A stretch of DNA of 64,000 bases from Octopus sinensis (taxonomy: Eukaryota). How positions within the stretch are numbered: position 1 is the first letter of the stretch; each line of letters opens with the position of its first letter. Below the pieces are notes generated by a model, which saw only the letters and a list, made by a program, of their open reading frames with translations, was not told the origin of the DNA and made no database searches. Shown here one piece after another: positions 63,681-64,000 of the stretch. The position numbers and the translations under genes are program-made. The DNA is taken from positions 42,842,001 through 42,906,000 of the forward strand of contig NC_043015.1 of the NCBI RefSeq assembly GCF_006345805.1, given 5' to 3'.

Positions 63681-63860
63681 AAATACATAACAAATACACC
63701 AGGACTTACAAATACATATAACATACAGAAAATTGCACTACTAGGCACTGCACACATCCTATGCAGAACACTTTCCATACAGTAACAAATCACAGCACAT
63801 ACCCAAGGCACACAGAGCTGCGCTCGGTAGTGAAGTGAAAGCACGCTATAAAAAGAAAAA
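63681..63860 (+). mobile_element. 5'-truncated R4/Dong-like element inserted in (TAA)n, antisense within the last Nudix intron
   Basis: KYITNTPGLTNTYNIQKIALLGTAHILCRTLSIQ* (R4-clade C-terminus); TAA repeats on both sides. Confidence 0.75.
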
Positions 63861-64000
63861 TAATAATAATAATAATATTGGTATAAATAATAATAATAAT
63901 ATTGGTATAAAAGATGGGCTACAGCAAATATTCTGCTCAATACCACAGATTTGATTGTAAGTTGTTTGACCTTAACCAGTTGAGCGTGTCCCTTAGTGGC

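Overview
Eukaryotic, AT-rich, microsatellite- and transposon-dense animal DNA. The SINE/LINE repertoire and protein sequences suggest a cephalopod (Octopus-like) genome; this is an inference. Three protein-coding loci are supported: LRRC40 coding exons 1-2 (minus strand, continuing off the left edge), a complete intronless METTL3 CDS (plus strand, 15205-16863), and the last coding exon of a DIPP/NUDT3-4-like Nudix hydrolase (minus strand, entering from the right edge). The rest is tRNA-derived SINEs (single, tandem and clustered), CR1-, RTE- and R4/Dong-like LINE fragments, a Penelope-like remnant, Merlin-, hAT- and piggyBac-like MITEs, two Helitrons and simple repeats; almost all short ORFs in the track are microsatellite or SINE artefacts. 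The most interesting unannotated signal is a set of at least seven minimal type-I hammerhead-ribozyme motifs, three with compensatory swaps of the core 3-8 pair (one G3-C8, two U3-A8). Two sit at the axis of foldback elements whose 3' ends run outward into (TA)n, and one marks the end of an insertion with a 13-bp TSD. Several other long inverted repeats are possible ADAR substrates. All calls were made by eye, without database searches.
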